From a virus (Duplodnaviria; Caudoviricetes): a stretch of 38,245 nucleotides of DNA. The notes under the pieces were generated by a model. The model was not told the origin of the DNA. It worked only from the letters and a program-made list of their open reading frames with translations, and did no database searches. The stretch is taken from the IMG/VR virus record IMGVR_UViG_3300036779_000134, positions 1-38,245 of that record; one strand, given 5' to 3'. Positions 33,040 to 38,245 of the stretch are shown here, piece by piece. Each line of letters opens with the position of its first letter. Position 1 is the stretch's first letter. A program made the position numbers and the translations under genes.

Positions 33040-34223
33040 ACGGCGATGGCACACTCCGGATTAAAGGCGCGGATGGACGTCAGATCGACATTCCGCGCGG
33101 CAGGTGGTACACGCTCCCCAAGGCGCGAACCGAACGCACAATGAAGGATGATCTATCGGGCGGGGAACATCGGGTTTATGCCTGCCTGGGGCTTATGACT
33201 ATGGGTTGGCAGATGGAAGAAGCCGTCGTCGGGGAGAAGAGCGGCAAGATTGTCGCCACTAACGGCTCCCGCTGTCGCTATGCCACCACGGGCGATATAG
33301 CGAGGATTACCGGCATGGATCAGGCCAACGTGCGCAAGTATTTAGATGGACTCGACACCAAAGGCTACGGCGAGCGCCGCCCCATAACGGGAAACGGATT
33401 ACATAAAGGCAATGTGGTGATATGCTCATACGCAAGCCCGCGCGTTCCCAAAGAAGGGGAAAAGAGGTTGCGCGCTACCTCTTTCTTGGAATCTGCGCCG
33501 GATTCCGTAAAGCCAATCCTCGCGTTCGCAAAACGCCATCGAATCCCAATCCCGGATGGTTTAGATGAGGTAGCGCGCAACCTCTTTATCGAAAAGTATG
33601 CACCCATGGCGCGAGACCTCGAAGATATAGAGAACAAGATAGCGCGCGAGCTAAAAAGCGATTACGCGCCGGCCCCCCTATATAAGGAAGAAAGAACTGA
33701 AAGAACTTTTAAAGAACCCCAACCCCCGGCCGGCCAGCCGGTTTTAGCTCCTCCTGCTCCTGAAGCTGCTCCTGCTCCAAATCCCACCCCGACGACTCCA
33801 CCAGATCCGCCACTTCCTCCACCACCTGAAGAAGCAAAACCGGCTGGCCGGCCGGAAGGGTTGGGGTTTGAAAAGGAACCTCTAAAACCGCTGATAGAGC
33901 AGCACCTGAAGACGATCCCAATCCCCGCTCTCACACCTGAAACCGTCGCCGAAGTAGCGAAGCACATCACCAATTCCGAACTGCTCGAACAATTCAAAGA
34001 GGTAACGACCAAGCCCACCAAGAGCCCGCCTAGGACGTGGGGCCTCATCATCGCGAAAGCCAGAGAAGTCGCGCAGGACGGCGAGCGATACAGGGAAGCG
34101 AAATCAGCGGCGGAGAATGGTGATGGCAACGGGCACTCGCCGCCGAGGATGAGCCGGTCTGAGCAGAAGATGGCGGACTATGTGCGCCGCCGCCAAGAGG
34201 AAAAAGGCCGTGCCGGTAAATGA
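33036..34223 (+). CDS. Putative replication initiator (wHTH + Pro-rich linker)
   Basis: LSGGEHRVY..L...TTGDIARITGMDQANVRKYLDGLDTKGY wHTH; KEERTERTFKE lambda-O-like segment; internal iteron-like repeats. Confidence 0.7.
   Translation: MNGDGTLRIKGADGRQIDIPRGRWYTLPKARTERTMKDDLSGGEHRVYACLGLMTMGWQMEEAVVGEKSGKIVATNGSRCRYATTGDIARITGMDQANVRKYLDGLDTKGYGERRPITGNGLHKGNVVICSYASPRVPKEGEKRLRATSFLESAPDSVKPILAFAKRHRIPIPDGLDEVARNLFIEKYAPMARDLEDIENKIARELKSDYAPAPLYKEERTERTFKEPQPPAGQPVLAPPAPEAAPAPNPTPTTPPDPPLPPPPEEAKPAGRPEGLGFEKEPLKPLIEQHLKTIPIPALTPETVAEVAKHITNSELLEQFKEVTTKPTKSPPRTWGLIIAKAREVAQDGERYREAKSAAENGDGNGHSPPRMSRSEQKMADYVRRRQEEKGRAGK
33461..33717. other. Candidate replication origin inside the initiator gene
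   Basis: Quasi-palindrome AAAGAGGTTGCGCGCTACCTCTTT (33461-33484), its 21-nt reverse complement at 33567-33587, degenerate copies at ~33607 and ~33636, then A-rich AAAGAAC x3. Confidence 0.65.
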
Positions 34224-34815
34224 AAAAGAGGCGTACAAGCTCGCCGTCCGGCTTACGACCATTCCGGATTGTCCCCGGGTTGACCAGGCGATAGAGGCTC
34301 TCGCTGAAGATATCGAGAAGCTTTGTACGGACGACGACGAGGCGAGATGGCTGGTCGATCGCGCCCGCGAATGGCCGAAGTGGATGGGCAAGGCCGGCTT
34401 GATTGAGCTGATGAAGGAAAAACGTCCAGCCCTTGCGCCAGAACGCCGCATAATCGATCTCGGGCCCAAGCCTCCAGTCAATTGCGCCGCGTGCCAGGAT
34501 TGGGGCCATCTCTTCCGCAACGGGCAGCGCGCATATTGCTCATGCGCGGCGGGCGTTCAACTCCAAGCCGACCAACCGGACTTCCTGGAAAAGATGCGTT
34601 TATCGAAGCTGACGGATATGCGGGCATTGCAGACTTCGGCGCCGCGGCGTCCTATTACCGAAGGCGATCTTCAAAAGGCGTTCGCAGAACGGCAGAATCG
34701 CACTGACGAGATGATCGACCGCGCCGAGAAGGCCCTCGCAGCGGAAGAGTCGACCGCAGACCAGAAAGAAATGGCGCGCGAGATTCTCCGCGGCGCATCA
34801 GCGAAACCCAACTGA
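34210..34815 (+). CDS. Replication-associated protein with Zn knuckle (possible helicase loader)
   Basis: GTG 34210 with GAGGA RBS; CAACQDWG...YCSC; directly follows the initiator. Confidence 0.6.
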   Translation: MPVNEKEAYKLAVRLTTIPDCPRVDQAIEALAEDIEKLCTDDDEARWLVDRAREWPKWMGKAGLIELMKEKRPALAPERRIIDLGPKPPVNCAACQDWGHLFRNGQRAYCSCAAGVQLQADQPDFLEKMRLSKLTDMRALQTSAPRRPITEGDLQKAFAERQNRTDEMIDRAEKALAAEESTADQKEMAREILRGASAKPN

Positions 34816-34823
34816 GAGGTATC

Positions 34824-35036
34824 ATGACCCGCGAACAGATGTTCCTCCGCTTCGGCTTCTACTGCGGGCTCGCCCACCGCGAACTGGGCGATATATCCTA
34901 TGCCGAAAGATGGATCGGGAGAGCGCACTTGTTGACCATCGAAGACTATATGCGGGAGACGGGCGAAATTTCGCAGCGGCTGACCGCGGCTGGTTTCATC
35001 CGGCCTGACGAGGACCCATGGGAGTCCCAACGATGA
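34824..35036 (+). CDS. Hypothetical protein
   Basis: GAGGT RBS; 70 aa. Confidence 0.65.
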   Translation: MTREQMFLRFGFYCGLAHRELGDISYAERWIGRAHLLTIEDYMRETGEISQRLTAAGFIRPDEDPWESQR

Positions 35037-35248
35037 CGATCTTTACCTACGCCATTCTGCAGGCTGCACGGCAGCGCATGACGCCAGATGAGGCCGAGGT
35101 CGCAGCCGAGCTCGCGCGGCTGGCCGATCACGGTAACCGGGACGCCGCGGATGCCCTTGGGGATATGGTCTGCGATGTTCTTCGCGTCCGCAGCCTGCCA
35201 TCACTCCGCGAAGAAACCGCCGCGGTTGACGCTGTGGCGGCGCCATGA
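35033..35248 (+). CDS. Hypothetical protein
   Basis: ATGA coupling, GGAG RBS. Confidence 0.6.
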   Translation: MTIFTYAILQAARQRMTPDEAEVAAELARLADHGNRDAADALGDMVCDVLRVRSLPSLREETAAVDAVAAP

Positions 35249-35436
35249 AAGCCCTAGCCATCGTCATGGGCGGGTTGATTCTGGTTGCCTTCCTGACCGA
35301 ATGGCTTAATCTGCTGAGGGTGCATCAACGCAGAGAGCGCGACAGGGAGCGTGAGGCGTCTAACCTGAGCCATATCACCGGGACGAAGCGTTGGTGGCGT
35401 GAGCCGCCTTCTGACGGTCCGGAAGGGGATCACTGA
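35245..35436 (+). CDS. Small membrane-anchored protein
   Basis: Hydrophobic N-terminus; ATGA coupling. Confidence 0.6.
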   Translation: MKALAIVMGGLILVAFLTEWLNLLRVHQRRERDREREASNLSHITGTKRWWREPPSDGPEGDH

Positions 35437-35588
35437 TGAAGCGTCTGGCTATGTTCTATTCGCTCCTTGCCGTGTTCCTGGGGTACAGATTCATTTGCGA
35501 CCGAAGCGAGCACGAGCTTTTCACCGCGATTATGTTGGTATTCGTCGCCTGGTGCGGATGGCGGCAGGCGTTACGGGAGCCAAGATGA
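35436..35588 (+). CDS. 50-aa two-TM peptide (not in ORF track)
   Basis: MKRLAMFYSLLAVFLGYRF...FTAIMLVFVAWCGW...; TGATG and ATGA coupling. Confidence 0.55.
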   Translation: MKRLAMFYSLLAVFLGYRFICDRSEHELFTAIMLVFVAWCGWRQALREPR

Positions 35589-35848
35589 AGATTTACTGCG
35601 GCGCCGGCGCTTACCTCGAATCGGATGAAGGGAATCGCCACACGGCGTTTCACCGGCGCATCCTCCGCGTCGAGCGCATCCCGAACACCTTGGTCGGCAA
35701 TTGGATAGATCTGGAATGCGGGCATCGGGCGCAGGCATTCGGCGACCTGCGGCACGCCGCGGGCGTAGTGCTGTGTACGGCGTGCCGCGATCGAGAGCAG
35801 GTGCAATATGGATCTTCGAGCACTGGTAGAGAAGGCCCGCGTGTCTAA
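35585..35848 (+). CDS. Zn-ribbon hypothetical protein
   Basis: MKIYCG...LECGH...LCTAC. Confidence 0.6.
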   Translation: MKIYCGAGAYLESDEGNRHTAFHRRILRVERIPNTLVGNWIDLECGHRAQAFGDLRHAAGVVLCTACRDREQVQYGSSSTGREGPRV

Positions 35849-36020
35849 TAGCCACTTCGATGCCGAGGAAGCGGCGCTAGGAGAAAAGCCGCTGCACGGC
35901 CGACAGGCGATCGAGACGGCGATCGCGGCGATCGAAGCGGCTATTGTGTGCGAGGATTGGGACTTTGCGGCCGAAGCGCTTGTGATGCTGCAGGACGAAC
36001 TGCGTGTCTCAGACTTCTGA
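35808..36020 (+). CDS. Hypothetical protein
   Basis: AGGT RBS; the stop codon lies inside the 36005-36022 repeat. Confidence 0.6.
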   Translation: MDLRALVEKARVSNSHFDAEEAALGEKPLHGRQAIETAIAAIEAAIVCEDWDFAAEALVMLQDELRVSDF

Positions 36021-36022
36021 GA
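36005..36022. repeat. Left arm of 18-bp inverted repeat (GTCTSAGA family)
   Basis: TGTCTCAGACTTCTGAGA is the exact reverse complement of 36551-36568. Confidence 0.9.
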
Positions 36023-36028
36023 AGCGGT

Positions 36029-36538
36029 CTACAACTTCTCTAAATCCGCACGCCGCAGTACATTGGCCCCATGCGGTCCCGCGCCTTTGACGAGCTCCAA
36101 CTTTCCCTCTTCAATCAGCCTGCGCAAGTACCTGAGGCCGAGTCCGGTATATTCCGACGCTTCGCCGATCGTAAGGTACAGCCGTTCCGCCAGACGTACT
36201 CCTAAACGTGTCTGAGAAGTCTGAGACATGCCCGTAATGGCCTTGGCGAGCGCTTGCATGAAGTCCTCTGGGGATGATTGTCTCACCGCCAGGGCTTTAG
36301 ATCCGTTCACTGCGGGCGGCAGGACGAACGGTTCCATATCCGGGTTCCGCTCCTTCGCCAGCCGCTCCACGTCGCCTGGGTGATAAACCGCGATCGCCGG
36401 GCCGCCTTCGGGACGCTTCCATCTGGCGGATTGCAGAGCTTTGTCCTGCGCCAGACGCTCTATATGCTTGGTGCTGCAGCCGATCAGGGCCGCGGCTTCC
36501 TGTTTCGGTAACCAGTTTGAATAGTGTGGTTTAGGCAT
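36029..36538 (-). CDS. Double HTH (MerR/excisionase-like HTH_17) DNA-binding protein
   Basis: KQEAAALIGCSTKHIERLAQ...DVERL and YLTIGEASEYTGLG..YLRRLIEEGKL...RADLEKL; GGAG RBS. Confidence 0.85.
   Translation of the reverse strand: MPKPHYSNWLPKQEAAALIGCSTKHIERLAQDKALQSARWKRPEGGPAIAVYHPGDVERLAKERNPDMEPFVLPPAVNGSKALAVRQSSPEDFMQALAKAITGMSQTSQTRLGVRLAERLYLTIGEASEYTGLGLRYLRRLIEEGKLELVKGAGPHGANVLRRADLEKL
36209..36228. repeat. GTCTSAGA motif copy inside the double-HTH gene
   Basis: TGTCTGAGAAGTCTGAGACA (encodes MSQTSQT). Confidence 0.9.
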
Positions 36539-36543
36539 TTGTC

Positions 36544-36604
36544 TCCGATGTCTCAGAAGTCTGAGACAGTCTCAGCCATTCCGATGTCTGAGACGTCTCA
36601 GACA
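36544..36604. repeat. Cluster of GTCTSAGA units upstream of the double-HTH gene
   Basis: TCCGATGTCTCAGAAGTCTGAGACAGTCTCAG and TCCGATGTCTGAGACGTCTCAGACA. Confidence 0.9.
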
Positions 36605-36805
36605 CAAGCCTAAACCGGGTCCCCCGGGGGAACGCTATTTAAATCGTGATACCGCTAACCTGCGTAAATCTGGTAACATAGGCGCAAGTTTCCGGCCCCC
36701 CGTTGGGTGTCGCGTATATGCACGATTATGCGCCGCCCGCCCGCCCGCCCCGCCGCCGCCAGGCGAGCAAATTTCCAGCAAACTTCAGCACTTTCTGAGC
36801 TTTAC

Positions 36806-36835
36806 TTTACGGTGGATTGAGGGTGCGCGTATACT
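36806..36835 (+). promoter_or_regulatory. Probable promoter of the recombinase gene
   Basis: TTTACG-18 nt-TATACT, 9 nt before ATG 36845 with no SD. Confidence 0.5.
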
Positions 36836-36844
36836 GGTAAAAAC

Positions 36845-37507
36845 ATGGGGAAACCGGCGCGAAAAAAGGCTCCAGTTTTACCTTACAACCAAAAAGGTAA
36901 ACTGGCGAAAAAACGCCCAAAAAAGGCCCGAAAACGCGCCGAGCGAAAACAGCTGCCCTATCTGACAGTTCCCGAAAAAGACCGCTTCTTTCAAGCTATC
37001 CACGATGTGAGAGATCGCGCTATCTTCCGACTGCTCTATCATCACGGGCTGCGAGCTCGCGAGATCGGGAAGCTCGACATGTCCGACTTCCGCCAGGGAT
37101 CGGCCCTGAACCTCGACCGGCTGTATATCCACAGGCTCAAAGGATCGATCTCAGGCGAGTGCGCGATGGTCCCGATCGCCGCGCAGGCATTGAGGGCGTG
37201 GGTCCGGAAGCGCGGCGATAACGAAGGGCCGCTCTTTCCATCGAGGCAGAAAGGACGCATCACCAGGCAACGCATCTTCCAGCTCATGCGGAGCTACTGC
37301 GCGGCCGCGAAGATCCCGCGCGAAAAATCGCATCCACATGTCCTGAAGCACACCTGCTGCACTCATTTACTCAGTGATAAGCGGGAATCGATCGTGGATG
37401 TGCAGACCCACGTAGGACATGTGCAGATTGCAAATACGATGGTCTATGCGAAGTTGACGGGGGAAGCGAACGAGGCCAGAGCCAAGAGACTGCGGGAGTG
37501 GAAGTGA
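36845..37507 (+). CDS. Short tyrosine recombinase, FimB/FimE-like (catalytic domain only)
   Basis: YLT..E...RDRA...HGLRARE...IHRLKGS...LFPSRQ...HPHVLKH...GH..I.NT.VY; 220 aa, no core-binding or arm-binding N-domain. Confidence 0.9.
   Translation: MGKPARKKAPVLPYNQKGKLAKKRPKKARKRAERKQLPYLTVPEKDRFFQAIHDVRDRAIFRLLYHHGLRAREIGKLDMSDFRQGSALNLDRLYIHRLKGSISGECAMVPIAAQALRAWVRKRGDNEGPLFPSRQKGRITRQRIFQLMRSYCAAAKIPREKSHPHVLKHTCCTHLLSDKRESIVDVQTHVGHVQIANTMVYAKLTGEANEARAKRLREWK
36872..36905. other. Candidate recombinase core site inside the 5' end of the recombinase ORF
   Basis: CCAGTTTTACCTT-N9-AAGGTAAACTGG inverted repeat. Confidence 0.55.
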
Positions 37508-37758
37508 CGATTCACTCTTGCCCTTATTGCGGGTTTCAGGCAGAGGCTCTCGAGGCGAGAGCATGGGGTCATCGTCCAGATACTGCGCCCGCATTCCCAT
37601 TCCTGCCGTTCATTTGTGGCGGATGTTCTATGCTGATGCTGATCGATATGGAGACGGGGAGCTTAACCAAACTCACGGAGGATCTGGTCGAGATCTTGAA
37701 GGCCAACCCGGTGCTTTGGGATGCAATTGAACGGCAGCGGGAGCGGGTGCGGAAGTGA
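37504..37758 (+). CDS. Zn-ribbon hypothetical protein
   Basis: GTGA-coupled; CPYC...CGGC. Confidence 0.7.
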   Translation: MTIHSCPYCGFQAEALEARAWGHRPDTAPAFPFLPFICGGCSMLMLIDMETGSLTKLTEDLVEILKANPVLWDAIERQRERVRK

Positions 37759-37928
37759 TCCGCCTGTATCGATTCTTTAATTTCGAGCGGGACTCTAACG
37801 GCGAGCCGTTTGCCCTGTGCGATGACTGCATCAAAGTACAACCCGTGCCTGAATCTTGCTACATGGATAAGATTGCTGACAAGGCCCTGCTGCCCTGCAA
37901 GCGGTGCGGAAAAGAGCGAAGAGGTTGA
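37755..37928 (+). CDS. 57-aa Cys-rich micro-protein (not in ORF track)
   Basis: GTGA-coupled; LCDDC...PCKRCG. Confidence 0.6.
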   Translation: MIRLYRFFNFERDSNGEPFALCDDCIKVQPVPESCYMDKIADKALLPCKRCGKERRG

Positions 37929-37932
37929 GGGA

Positions 37933-38245
37933 ATGGAAATGACGCGATCAGAATGGACCCACGAGGAAATTGCCGCATTAAAACGTAAAGTGGAACGTTC
38001 ACTCCGCGCCACAGAACGGGAGTATCCCGATATCCGACCATTGCCACCCATGGACGAGGAAGAAGCGAAGGGCCTGCTCCATGACTTCTTTAGCGTTGCC
38101 GCCGAGCGCCTACTCGCTTAATCTGAATCCGTAATGCTAGGCCAGTTGCTGGCTGCTTACACGATGGCTGTCGAGGCCCGCATGCTGGGAAGGAAGGGCG
38201 GCCGGTACATGGTAATTAGCGAGGAGAGGCTACGGCAGATGCAAG
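37933..38245 (+). CDS. Hypothetical protein spanning the circular junction (ends at TGA 156-158 with the left-copy allele)
   Basis: MEMTRSEW...; the right copy has TAA at 38119 where the left copy has GAA at 21, which gives 107 aa coupled to ORF 155. Confidence 0.65.
38099..38245. repeat. Terminal direct repeat, right copy
   Basis: 146/147 identical to 1-147. Confidence 0.97.

Noticed and set aside
36731-36762. GCC/GCCC low-complexity run
   Set aside because: Simple repeat with no further support for function.
36029-37507. Standard int-xis lysogeny module
   Set aside because: The recombinase lacks arm- and core-binding domains, the HTH protein is a 169-aa double domain, and I found no tRNA-like attP; kept only as an alternative.
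1-38245. tRNA, rRNA, IS elements, introns or inteins
   Set aside because: None recognised by eye; terL, portal and MCP are uninterrupted and of normal size. tRNAscan/Infernal would be needed to exclude them.

Overview
The window is a complete, circularly assembled P22-like (podovirus-type) phage genome of about 38.1 kb. Bases 1-147 recur at 38099-38245 with one mismatch. The minus strand carries the morphogenesis block in P22-like order: terS, terL, accessory cluster with C5 DNA methyltransferase, portal, scaffold, major capsid, two gp4-like adaptors flanking a beta-helix tailspike, gp10-like hub, needle/fibre, DUF2824-like protein and three ejection proteins. The plus strand carries a replication initiator with an internal iteron-like origin, many small Cys-rich ORFs and a short FimB/FimE-like tyrosine recombinase. 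I see no canonical lambda-type integrase, no CI/S24 repressor and no recognisable endolysin. The main leads are four. (i) A recombinase + double-HTH module tied to a dispersed 9-bp-unit repeat (GTCTSAGA[A/C]) that brackets the HTH gene as a perfect 18-bp inverted repeat and recurs in the scaffold and portal genes. (ii) Two paralogous WCGY/HGG/GFDCAH proteins inserted antisense in the late operon. (iii) A structured RNA with a CGCCAA loop and two downstream TTGGCG boxes ahead of the replication genes. (iv) A divergent promoter/operator pair next to an unannotated 48-aa KGG-motif protein. The host is probably Acidobacteriota (inference only). All product calls come from motif recognition and gene order, not database searches.
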